NCBI GenBank assembly: GCA_026395435.1 | Contig: JAPLYT010000003.1 | Span: 68,024-132,023 of the forward strand | Source: Candidatus Saccharimonadota bacterium | GTDB taxonomy: Bacteria; Patescibacteriota; Saccharimonadia; Saccharimonadales; AWTP1-31 | Reading direction: 5' to 3' | DNA: 64,000 bases | Part shown: in pieces, positions 50,027 to 58,130 of the stretch | Layout of the letters: every line of letters begins with the position of its first letter | How positions within the stretch are numbered: the stretch's first letter is position 1 | The notes under the pieces: model-generated | Told to the model about the DNA's origin: nothing | What the model saw: only the letters and a program-made list of their open reading frames with translations | Database searches by the model: none | Position numbers and translations under genes: made by a program

Positions 50027-50593
50027 ATGAGTTGCCCGTATGCTTTAAACCATAGTATAATATGCTTATTCTGTATGAAAAATTATAAAAACAAAGATTC
50101 ACGGTTGCGACTACATACTTCAAAGATAGTAATTATGGGGATTTTTGTCGCCGTATCTTTGGTCTTTGCAAAAAGCTCAGTTGCCTCGGCCATGCCGGTT
50201 GTTCCCCGGGCGGCCATTGTTGCCAAGACTGATGTCCCTTTAGGTGGAATCACTGATCCGGATATAGAAACAGGCGGGTATTGTGGAGGTATGTCGTCGG
50301 ATGGTGAAACCAATAACCGCATTAGAACTGCTATAAATATAGGTTGTAAGGGCAAAGGAAACCCGATACTTGACGCATTGTTTGCTGTTGTGAGGTTTTT
50401 AACTCTCGGGGTTGGCCTTGTACTGATTGCATCCACTATTGTTGCAGGTATACAATATACAACTTCCCGAGGCGATCCTCAGGCAACAGCAAAAGCACTG
50501 GGTAGAATTACGAGCACCGTCGGGGCTTTGCTATTCTTCATCTTTATTTATGCAATCTTGAACTGGGTTGTACCGAACGGAATATTAAAATGA
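50027..50593 (+). CDS. T4SS pilin-like protein 1
   Basis: Signal region, Cys pair, TM-GIQYTTSRGDPQ..AKA-TM; true start may be later. Confidence 0.78.
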   Translation: MSCPYALNHSIICLFCMKNYKNKDSRLRLHTSKIVIMGIFVAVSLVFAKSSVASAMPVVPRAAIVAKTDVPLGGITDPDIETGGYCGGMSSDGETNNRIRTAINIGCKGKGNPILDALFAVVRFLTLGVGLVLIASTIVAGIQYTTSRGDPQATAKALGRITSTVGALLFFIFIYAILNWVVPNGILK

Positions 50594-50970
50594 TTTCAAT
50601 AATCACATCCCATTTCGCAGCTGCATCATCTGCATGTCAGCCAAAGGGCAGCCTCTTTGGTCTTCCAACTTGGTATAAATACTTAGAAGGCTTTAAACCC
50701 GAAGATGAACCCACGCAGTGTATTATTCGCCTTCGGGCACTCAGCGATGTATGGCTGATCCTATCGGCAGTGATAGAAATTCTACTTCGTGTCGCTGCAT
50801 TAGGTGCAATCGTCATGATTGTATACGCGGGCATATCGTTTATTACAAGTGAGGGTCAACCTGACAAAGTTAAGAAAGCAATAAGCATGGCTATAAGTGC
50901 TTCTATTGGACTAGCGATTTCAATTGGTGCTGCAGCTACGGTATCATTCATTGCAGGGAGATTTAATTAA
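50590..50970 (+). CDS. T4SS pilin-like protein 2
   Basis: C..FGLPTWYKYL..C; TM-GISFITSEGQPDKVKKA-TM. Confidence 0.78.
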   Translation: MISIITSHFAAASSACQPKGSLFGLPTWYKYLEGFKPEDEPTQCIIRLRALSDVWLILSAVIEILLRVAALGAIVMIVYAGISFITSEGQPDKVKKAISMAISASIGLAISIGAAATVSFIAGRFN

Positions 50971-51294
50971 ATGTTTGCAATCACATATATATCCAACTTT
51001 CTATTTTTAGCTAAAGCCCAAGTTCAAGGTTGCGTTGAGGATCTTTGCGAAACCGGCTTGCCCGCTGTCAATGCTGGTAATGACCAGCTTACAAAAATTC
51101 TACAAATTGTCTTTGGTATCGTCGGTGCTGTCGCCGTAATATATATCATTATTGCTGGCTTCGGTTTAATAACGTCACTCGGTAACCCGGAGGCATTAGC
51201 AAAAGCACGCCAGGCATTAATTTTTGCTGGTGTTGGTCTGGCGATCGCCCTAAGCGCAGAATTAATCGTGACGTTTGTGATTAATCGAATATGA
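50971..51294 (+). CDS. T4SS pilin-like protein 3
   Basis: Cys pair; IVGAVAVIYIIIAGF.LITSLGNPEALAKARQALIFAGVGL. Confidence 0.8.
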   Translation: MFAITYISNFLFLAKAQVQGCVEDLCETGLPAVNAGNDQLTKILQIVFGIVGAVAVIYIIIAGFGLITSLGNPEALAKARQALIFAGVGLAIALSAELIVTFVINRI

Positions 51295-51713
51295 AACAAA
51301 AACTCACTCTATTTATAGCCTCGCTCTGCATGATTCTTGGTACTTTTATGGTGACTGCTCCTGCTGTTCATGCTGTAGAAATACTGCCCAACAAACAAGG
51401 TGTTTGCAGTGACAAGACAGCCACCGGTGATAAGCCTGACATATGTAAAGACAACTTATCTACTGCAGACGACAGTTCTAATCCAATTCTTGGAAAGGAT
51501 GGGATACTTACTACCGGAATTAAGATATTTATCCTAATTCTCGGCGTTGTAACTATCTTTGTCTTAATGATTAATGGTGTTCGAATGATGACTGCCGCTG
51601 GTGACCCAAATAGTATTAACAGCGCACGAAACGGTATAATTTATGCACTGATCGGCCTCGTGATTGCTGTTTCTGCTCAAATGCTGGTAACGTTTGTATT
51701 GAATAAGTTATAG
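51291..51713 (+). CDS. T4SS pilin-like protein 4
   Basis: Signal ending VHA; Cys pair; GVRMMTAAGDPNSINSARNGIIYALIGLVI. Confidence 0.82.
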   Translation: MKQKLTLFIASLCMILGTFMVTAPAVHAVEILPNKQGVCSDKTATGDKPDICKDNLSTADDSSNPILGKDGILTTGIKIFILILGVVTIFVLMINGVRMMTAAGDPNSINSARNGIIYALIGLVIAVSAQMLVTFVLNKL

Positions 51714-51720
51714 GAGAAAT

Positions 51721-52110
51721 ATGAAAAGAATTTTACTTGCAATCATCACACTTTCAGTAATAGTCCCCGTTTATTTCGGTGGCGTTGCGCATGCTGAGCT
51801 ATTCGAAGGTGCGAAAGGATCGGCCTGTGGTGGCGTAGCATTGAGCGCTGATTCCACTAAGTGTGACCCTAACGCAGAAAAGAAGGCTAATTCCCTGCTC
51901 GCTACTGCGTTGAATATATTCAGTATAGTTGTAGGGATTATCGCCGTAGTCATGATCATGGTCGGTGGATTAAAATACATTACATCTGGTGGTGATGCCG
52001 CACAGACCAATACTGCAAAAGACACGGTAATGTACGCGGCTATTGGACTTGTGATTGTCGCCATGTCCCAGGTGATCGTCAAGTTTGTATTAAATAGATT
52101 TACGAAGTAA
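51721..52110 (+). CDS. T4SS pilin-like protein 5
   Basis: RBS AGGAG; signal ending AHA; Cys pair; GGLKYITSGGD..TAKDTVMYAAIGLVI. Confidence 0.85.
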   Translation: MKRILLAIITLSVIVPVYFGGVAHAELFEGAKGSACGGVALSADSTKCDPNAEKKANSLLATALNIFSIVVGIIAVVMIMVGGLKYITSGGDAAQTNTAKDTVMYAAIGLVIVAMSQVIVKFVLNRFTK

Positions 52111-52197
52111 CAGAGATGGGTCTATAATTTAGACTTGAATATAGATAGATGTTTATGGTATAAATCAGGGTAAGAATAACGAAAGGTTCGAAAAAAA

Positions 52198-52620
52198 ATG
52201 ATTAAGAAAATTAAACAACTGTTCGTAACTGCTCTCGCAACATCAATGCTACTTGCACCACTTGCTATGGTCCCTCTTGCTCACGCGGAGACATCTGACC
52301 TCCAAGGTTCACTCTGTAGTGGTACTAATATCAATCTCACTAAGACCGACTCATCATGTCTTACTGACACTACGGCTGATACTCAAGTGAATGATACTGT
52401 TAAGCTAGCTCTCAACCTCTTCTCCGCTATCGTCGGTATCATCGCAGTCGTTATGATCATCGTCGGTGGTATCAAGTACATTACTTCAGGTGGTGACTCT
52501 GGTAACGTGACTGCAGCAAAGAACACGATTCTCTACGCAGTTATCGGTCTTGTTGTTGTGGCTCTTGCTCAAATCATCGTCAAGTTCGTACTCGGACGAT
52601 TTGTCGGCAACGGCGCTTAG
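52198..52620 (+). CDS. T4SS pilin-like protein 6 (probable major pilin)
   Basis: Signal ending AHA; Cys pair; GGIKYITSGGDSGNVTAAKNTILYAVIGLVV; own promoter-like sequence and terminator. Confidence 0.87.
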   Translation: MIKKIKQLFVTALATSMLLAPLAMVPLAHAETSDLQGSLCSGTNINLTKTDSSCLTDTTADTQVNDTVKLALNLFSAIVGIIAVVMIIVGGIKYITSGGDSGNVTAAKNTILYAVIGLVVVALAQIIVKFVLGRFVGNGA

Positions 52621-52638
52621 TATATACTTTGCTTAATC

Positions 52639-52674
52639 AAAGAGCTTCCTCGGGAAACCAGGGAGCTCTTTTTT
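52639..52674 (+). terminator. Rho-independent terminator after the pilin array
   Basis: AAAGAGCTTCCT...AGGGAGCTCTTT followed by a T-run. Confidence 0.85.
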
Positions 52675-52734
52675 ATTGCTACCCTGCCAACAGTTCGAAA
52701 CAGTATATATTTTCTATACCGTATAAGCTGAGTA

Positions 52735-52767
52735 TAAAAAACGACACCGTTGCAGGTGCCGTTTTTA
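52735..52767 (-). terminator. Rho-independent terminator after hsp20
   Basis: AAAAAACGACACC-GTTGCA-GGTGCCGTTTTT hairpin. Confidence 0.75.
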
Positions 52768-52786
52768 GTAGATGAAATACGGATTT

Positions 52787-53260
52787 CTAGAGGACTTGGA
52801 TCTTCTTGACCGTATCTTGTTTGAGCTTGGTGAAGCTGATTGTTAGAACGCCATCTTTGAGGACTGCTTCAATCTCTTCTTCTTTGACAGGTACAGGGAG
52901 TGTGATGCTTCGAGAGAATTCACCCCAGTAACATTCTTGGACGAAGTAGTTTTCGACATCTTCTTCGTTGCCGGCAGAAAGTGTACCACGGATGCTGAGC
53001 GTGTTGTCGGCAATGCTGACATCGAGCTCGCTCTTATTGACGCCTGCTGTACGTGCTTTGACGACTAATTTTTCTTTGGTTTCATATACGTCAACAGCGA
53101 GTTGACCAGGAACGGTTTCTTCTTCGTCCCATTCTTCTGCTACTGCTACTGTTGCTTGTTGTGCTTGCGCACTTTGAGTTGGAACGTCATCTTCGCCCAA
53201 AAATGCTGCGGTGAGTTCGTCTTCCATCAATAAATCTTCGTCTCGATTGCGTCTGGCCAT
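52787..53260 (-). CDS. Hsp20/alpha-crystallin small heat-shock protein
   Basis: VDVYET, ECYWGEFSRSITLP, AVLKDGVLTI. Confidence 0.92.
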   Translation of the reverse strand: MARRNRDEDLLMEDELTAAFLGEDDVPTQSAQAQQATVAVAEEWDEEETVPGQLAVDVYETKEKLVVKARTAGVNKSELDVSIADNTLSIRGTLSAGNEEDVENYFVQECYWGEFSRSITLPVPVKEEEIEAVLKDGVLTISFTKLKQDTVKKIQVL

Positions 53261-53401
53261 AGTTTCGTGTTACCCTCCACATCAGTAAATTATTTAAGAG
53301 TCGTATACATTTTTGTGTTAAATATAGTATAGCTGAGCAAAATACACCTATCAACCATTATGGGTATATTTACAACACAAAATGAACAACGGGATGGGTC
53401 C

Positions 53402-54076
53402 ATGAACATACTTGAGTCACTTATATCGGTCGTTGCTCCGCATGATTGTATCGGGTGCGGGCACCAAAGTACGCTATTGTGCTCGCGTTGCCTGTCATTG
53501 TTCAGTATCGCCTCTCCGGAACGCTGCGGTCTCTGCGGAGGACAAAGTGACGAAAATAAAACGTGTTCAGTATGTACGAGATCTTCATATTGCCACAGGA
53601 TTAGTATTCACAGGCCGTATGCCGGCATAGCCAAAAAACTCGTGAAGAGGCTCAAGTATCGTAATGCGAGAGCGGCAGCTAAAGTGATAGCAGAACAGAT
53701 GAAACTGTTTCCAAGTCAAATACACGGACATACTGTTATCGTTCCCGTCCCTACCGCCACGTCTCGTGTTCGCCAGCGAGGGTATGATCAGTCGGTACTG
53801 ATCGCTCGACATTTGGGCAAGCGCTACGACCTGAAAGTGTCAGAATTACTTGTTCGACATGGACAATCACGACAAGTAGGATCCAAAAGAGACCAAAGAG
53901 TTGTTCAACTAGCTGAAGCCTATACTGTCCGAAATCAAATCCACGTAGTAGGATCGCATATAATTCTGGTGGATGATGTTATGACCACGGGGACCACAAT
54001 AGAGGCTGCCGCTCGTGTTCTCAAGAAAGCCGGTGCCCGAACGGTAGACGCCTGCGTCTTTGCTCGAGCTGAATAA
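53402..54076 (+). CDS. comF: ComF-family protein (zinc ribbon + phosphoribosyltransferase)
   Basis: CxxC x4, VPVP, RQRGYDQ, LVDDVMTTGTT. Likely start MNILES at 53402. Confidence 0.88.
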   Translation: MNILESLISVVAPHDCIGCGHQSTLLCSRCLSLFSIASPERCGLCGGQSDENKTCSVCTRSSYCHRISIHRPYAGIAKKLVKRLKYRNARAAAKVIAEQMKLFPSQIHGHTVIVPVPTATSRVRQRGYDQSVLIARHLGKRYDLKVSELLVRHGQSRQVGSKRDQRVVQLAEAYTVRNQIHVVGSHIILVDDVMTTGTTIEAAARVLKKAGARTVDACVFARAE

Positions 54077-54077
54077 T

Positions 54078-54106
54078 TTGAAACACTTCCAGATAAATGC
54101 TATAAT
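54078..54106 (+). promoter_or_regulatory. Sigma70 promoter of tRNA-Ser(TGA)
   Basis: TTGAAA, 17-nt spacer, TATAAT, with an extended -10 TG. Confidence 0.8.
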
Positions 54107-54118
54107 CACCCCTGTTAT

Positions 54119-54211
<93 letters not shown>

Positions 54212-54223
54212 AAAGAAATAACC

Positions 54224-54586
54224 ATGTCCAAAGCAACTCTTCCCAATAGCAAGTCACGTAGGCAATTTGCAGTCTATCTTCTGACGGCCTACTTTATTAC
54301 GTACTTTATAGAACGATCGGCCGCAAATAAAGGCGATAGTAAGCTCTTTCAGGCATCTAACTGGCCGATACGATTTCTCCTTTGGTACGGCTTTTTGTTT
54401 ACCATTATGTATCTGGTTTTCAGATATAGATCGCTCAAAACCATACTTCTCTGGGGCATACTCATCGGCATAGTTATTGAATTGGTATTGTTTAGAGGAT
54501 TTTTCTTAGTAAGCGACATTGGCTATGGGTTAATGTTTGTCGTCCCTTTCTGGGTCGCACGAAAGTTCGTGAAGTATAAGAGTTAG
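54224..54586 (+). CDS. Small hypothetical membrane protein (~4 TM)
   Basis: ATG at 54224 (MSKATLP...); the upstream part of the listed ORF is read-through of the tRNA. Confidence 0.65.
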   Translation: MSKATLPNSKSRRQFAVYLLTAYFITYFIERSAANKGDSKLFQASNWPIRFLLWYGFLFTIMYLVFRYRSLKTILLWGILIGIVIELVLFRGFFLVSDIGYGLMFVVPFWVARKFVKYKS

Positions 54587-54654
54587 TGGTGGGAGACAAG
54601 ATAACCTCACGACTACTCCCATACTCAAAATAAGTTGCTGCGCTTGGGCTTGTA

Positions 54655-54915
54655 TATCAAACCTTACGGTTCTCGCATTCTTGCAGAATGCTACCAAGTA
54701 AAAGGCCCCAGCTATGCTGAGGCCTCTTACTTGGTGTACCCGACAGGATGCGCTTCGCTTGCACGGACTTCACTTTTCGGTGCAAGCACCTGCACGTTCA
54801 GTCCTGTACGAACCTACGACTATCATATTTTGCTAAAGCAAAATCTGCGTCGTAAGTTCAGAACCGTGCACATGTACCAATAAAAAAATCCCAGTTTGCA
54901 CTGAGATTGTTTTAT
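54655..54915 (-). repeat. tRNA-Arg 3' echo element (inverted T-arm copy plus split direct copy between two terminators)
   Basis: Copy of tRNA GTCGTAGGTTCG (54809-20) and ATCCTGTCGGGTACACCA (54732-49) separated by a 59-nt insert; inverted copy 54849-59; hairpins at ~54875-920 and 54693-735. Confidence 0.85.
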
Positions 54916-54992
54916 TGGTGTACCCGACAGGATTCGAACCTACGACCTTTGGCTCCGCAAGCCAACGCTCTATCCAGCTGAGCTACGGGTAC
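54916..54992 (-). tRNA. tRNA-Arg(GCG)
   Basis: GTACCCG/CGGGTAC acceptor, TTGGC-TT-GCG-GA-GCCAA anticodon arm, GGTTCGAATCC, CCA. Confidence 0.95.
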
Positions 54993-55065
54993 ATATTTGC
55001 TATAAATATGCTTACAACAGGGGTAATTCTAGCATGAAATAGTTGAAATTGCTAGATCCTTAATG

Positions 55066-55686
55066 CTAGAAGCGGATTCGGTGCATGAGTCGATCGATGT
55101 TGTCGAGTTGTTTTTCTTCGTATGGTAAAAATTCACCCAAGAAATCAACGATTTGTTGGCCTTCTTGTGGGGAGAAGTAAATGCTAAGTCCAGGCATGAA
55201 TCGTTGCATGGGCATGAACCAAATTGATTCTATTCCCTCTTCTTGAACGATCGAAAATGATTTGAAGCTAGCGAAATTGTACATTTTTTTATCGACTTGA
55301 ACTCCTTGTTCATCGATTCGGTACGGTAATTCACGTGGCTTCCTGGAGCCCATAATGCCAAAAAGTAAGGCGACGATGACAATCATGACGGTTGTGACAA
55401 TATCGGTTAGGAAGAAAGCCGCAACGGCTATAACGGCCGTAATCCCGATTAACATAAAATACCAGCCCGTAGTTTTACTGTGAGCGATAAATTCAGATGC
55501 CGTCCAGGCAATTGAATCATCATCTTCTTGTGCTTCCACTTGAGCAGGTTCACTTCGAGGGGCGGGCGTAGGCGTTGGAGTGGGCGCAGGAACCGGGGCT
55601 TGTGGCACGGGACTTGTCGGAGGCGTCTGTTGAGGAGCCTGACCTGGCTGGAAAACGACTGGTTGTGGAACTTGACCCTCTTGCAT
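55066..55686 (-). CDS. Hypothetical membrane protein with Pro/Gln-rich N-terminus and two TM helices
   Basis: Start MQEGQ at 55686, 6 nt after TACAAT; WTASEFIAH..K...W motif. The longer ORF runs antisense into a tRNA. Confidence 0.72.
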   Translation of the reverse strand: MQEGQVPQPVVFQPGQAPQQTPPTSPVPQAPVPAPTPTPTPAPRSEPAQVEAQEDDDSIAWTASEFIAHSKTTGWYFMLIGITAVIAVAAFFLTDIVTTVMIVIVALLFGIMGSRKPRELPYRIDEQGVQVDKKMYNFASFKSFSIVQEEGIESIWFMPMQRFMPGLSIYFSPQEGQQIVDFLGEFLPYEEKQLDNIDRLMHRIRF

Positions 55687-55842
55687 AAGCATATTGTACC
55701 GAAAGGTTGGATTGCTTTCTAGTGTAAAGTCGAAAGCGATTCTAGGATATATTACGAAAACCATGACGATCTGGGCATTTAATGATATAATTGACCTCTG
55801 TTGAAGTGGTTGTAGGAATACCTCGACGAACATCGACAATGC

Positions 55843-55935
55843 GGAGGGGTACCCAAGTGGCTTAAGGGGACGGTTTGCTAAATCGTTAGTGGGGCGCAAG
55901 TTCCAGCGAGGGTTCGAATCCCTCCTCCTCCGCCA
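55843..55935 (+). tRNA. tRNA-Ser(GCT)
   Basis: GGAGGGG/CTCCTCC acceptor, ACGGT-TT-GCT-AA-ATCGT anticodon arm, long variable arm, G73-CCA; TGaTATAAT upstream. Confidence 0.95.
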
Positions 55936-56105
55936 AATAAACAATCCAGGTTATCACCTGGATTTTTTATTTGGCCTCGTCGAATGGGATTTGAACCCGA
56001 GCATCCAAGCGAAGCTTGGATTAAGCGAGGGTTCGGTCGTCAAGCCAGGGCGCAAGAATTTATTCTGAGCACTGGTGCAGACGTGAGACTTCCCTCCTCG
56101 TCTCA
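55936..56105 (+). repeat. tRNA-Ser(GCT) 3' echo element
   Basis: Terminator 55932-75; inverted T-arm GGGATTTGAACCC 55986-98; GCGAAGC hairpin 56003-21; GCGAGGGTTCG 56025-35, 55-nt insert, TCCCTCCTC 56091-99. Confidence 0.75.
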
Positions 56106-56157
56106 AGAGTGAGCGGTTCGACCTTGCGTTCCGTATCTGTTAGAATGCTATTATCAT

Positions 56158-56247
56158 GGAAGGGTGTCCGAGTGGTTGAAGGAGCTGCTCTCGAAAAGCA
56201 GTATGCCGGCAACGGTATCGAGGGTTCGAATCCCTCCTCTTCCGCCA
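56158..56247 (+). tRNA. tRNA-Ser(CGA)
   Basis: GGAAGGG/TCTTCC acceptor, CTGCT-CT-CGA-AA-AGCAG anticodon arm, long variable arm, G73-CCA. Confidence 0.95.
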
Positions 56248-56485
56248 AATTAAAAACCCAGGCAACTGCCTGGTTTTTTTAATTTGGCTGCATCGGAGGA
56301 TACGAACCCGAAGGGTTCGGCGCATGAGGAGCGCAGAACAAATAGGTTCTTGAATCTATTTGTCGAGCACCGTAAGGAGGATGAAAATACGTTAGTATTT
56401 TCAGATATCCCCCCCTCTTCCGAACGTGCAGGAGCTTGCTCCGATTAAGTGAAATCCGTGCAAGCGAAGCTCATCCCTCCTTCAA
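56248..56485 (+). repeat. tRNA-Ser(CGA) 3' echo element
   Basis: Terminator 56244-88; inverted T-arm 56295-309; GGGTTCG 56313-19, 87-nt insert, ATCCCCCCCTCTTCCG 56407-22; then the shared module and ATCCCTCCT 56473-81. Confidence 0.8.
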
Positions 56486-56497
56486 ACAAAAATCATA

Positions 56498-57658
56498 CTA
56501 TTTGTATTCAGAGTCTTGGGTAGGTTTTATTATGGTGGTGTCTTTTATGTTTACGAGTTGAGGTTTGGGCGGTTGTTTTATGGTTGGCGCAGTTTTTGGC
56601 TCTGGAGATTTAATTGGTTTTGCTTCGGGCTTTGGTGTTGGTGCTGGTTCGGGTTTTGGCTTTGGTACTTCATGTATTTTCTTGGGTTCATGCAATTTTC
56701 TATTGATGAATAGAACAATTACGACAATAAACCCAATGACTATAGGGATAAGAGCATACGAAATGCCTGTTCGGAGTAGGTCATCCCTTACCGTCATATG
56801 AAGTTCATGGATACTGTTACGAGCGGTAAGATTTGTGATTGATTCATAGATTTTGTCTTCAGCCTGTACGAGTAAAAGAGTGCAGAGCCAAAGGATACTG
56901 ATGGTAAATAAACCTGTTGAGACCAGTAACCGACCTAATTTTGAAGTACCATTCTTTTTCGACTCTGACGTTAGAATTACCCCTGCACCGGCGATCAAAA
57001 CAAGAATGCTAAAAGCAATCGGAATGAGACGAACAGAGCGATAAGCTTTAGGTATTGTTGAATCGGCATTCTTAACTACAACGATTGAGCCGTCCTTTAT
57101 GTTTTCGGAGGTAAATATACCGCTGTCGTCAATTACCTGGTCGATATAATTTTTAAGCGCTTCATGGGTTGGTAGCGCGCCCACCTTGCAGTTGATTGTA
57201 AGAAGATCAGAGCTGGACGGTAACGTTCTAGGGGCGCACGCCGGAAGTGCCTCGTACCGTGTATATATCAAATCTTCTAAATGCTGAGTAAAATCCTTGC
57301 GGATTGGCTCAACAGGAATTACGAGTCGTAGATCTTTAGTCATACCATTGAGCCAATTAAATCCTGAATCTATGAGACTTTCGGAGGTACTGCTCAGAAA
57401 TTTTGGCGAGAGAGTCTTGAGGGTAGCCTGCTTAACGAGCGGGCTATTAATGGGGTCGCTCGACTGACTGCTTTTCGTTTCTTTACTGATTTTGTCAGTG
57501 ATTAGCTCGGGAGCAGAAGTGTATGCGCCACTGCCGGACAGCCAATGCTTAAGATGTGATGAAGTGATAAGAGCACAGACTGTCGCCATAAGGATAGCCA
57601 GCACCAACGCCGTTATAATCACAAATTGACTGACAGCTGAACCAAATTTTTTAAACAT
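56498..57658 (-). CDS. Hypothetical membrane protein with Pro/Lys-rich C-terminal tail
   Basis: N-terminal TM, external domain with a Cys pair, three TM helices, PKP/EP repeats. Confidence 0.75.
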   Translation of the reverse strand: MFKKFGSAVSQFVIITALVLAILMATVCALITSSHLKHWLSGSGAYTSAPELITDKISKETKSSQSSDPINSPLVKQATLKTLSPKFLSSTSESLIDSGFNWLNGMTKDLRLVIPVEPIRKDFTQHLEDLIYTRYEALPACAPRTLPSSSDLLTINCKVGALPTHEALKNYIDQVIDDSGIFTSENIKDGSIVVVKNADSTIPKAYRSVRLIPIAFSILVLIAGAGVILTSESKKNGTSKLGRLLVSTGLFTISILWLCTLLLVQAEDKIYESITNLTARNSIHELHMTVRDDLLRTGISYALIPIVIGFIVVIVLFINRKLHEPKKIHEVPKPKPEPAPTPKPEAKPIKSPEPKTAPTIKQPPKPQLVNIKDTTIIKPTQDSEYK

Positions 57659-57717
57659 ATGCCTATTGTAGTATGCCGAGAGTGATTGCGCACCTACTTC
57701 GGCGTATACTAATACTC

Positions 57718-58125
57718 ATGAACGAAACCAAAGAAGATTCAATATTCACAAAAATAATCCATGGCGACATCCCCTGCCATAAAATTTATGAGGATGAACG
57801 GACGATAGCCTTCCTCGATATTTACCCTGTTCAAGAGGGCCAGGTGGTTATCGCCACAAAAGTTCAGGTGGCAAACTTCCTCGATCTTGAACCAGAAGAT
57901 TCAGCCGCTTTGTGGCATGCGATCAATCTGGTCGGAGCGAAACTCCGCGCTGAATTCCCTTCCAAGAAACGTATTGGCCTGATGATCGAAGGGCTTGATG
58001 TAGATCATGCTCATGCCAAGCTCTTTCCCATAGATACCGGAGATGAGTTTCGGGCAGAGCCGCCAACATCTGAACCAGACCATGAGGCACTTGCAGTTTT
58101 GGCCAAAAAACTCATGTTATACTAA
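57718..58125 (+). CDS. HIT-family nucleotide hydrolase
   Basis: SIFTKII.GDIP..KIYED, AFLDI.P, VDHAHAKL (third His replaced). Start at 57718. Confidence 0.88.
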   Translation: MNETKEDSIFTKIIHGDIPCHKIYEDERTIAFLDIYPVQEGQVVIATKVQVANFLDLEPEDSAALWHAINLVGAKLRAEFPSKKRIGLMIEGLDVDHAHAKLFPIDTGDEFRAEPPTSEPDHEALAVLAKKLMLY

Positions 58126-58130
58126 AGCTC

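Noticed and set aside
37612..52620. Integrative conjugative element
   Set aside because: No relaxase, coupling protein, integrase or flanking repeats seen; embedded among core genes
50027..52620. Type IV (PilA) pilins
   Set aside because: No class III signal (G/FTLxE); two C-terminal TM helices fit VirB2-like pilins
54732..54880. Second, intron-containing tRNA-Arg gene
   Set aside because: Only the T-arm and acceptor 3' strand are copied; no recognisable D-arm or anticodon arm
54731..54933. 19-bp direct repeat of the tRNA-Arg 3' end read as attL/attR of a prophage or island
   Set aside because: Only ~165 bp lie between the copies, with no integrase or cargo; reported instead as an echo element
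54600..56490. CRISPR array
   Set aside because: No regularly spaced identical repeats and no cas genes
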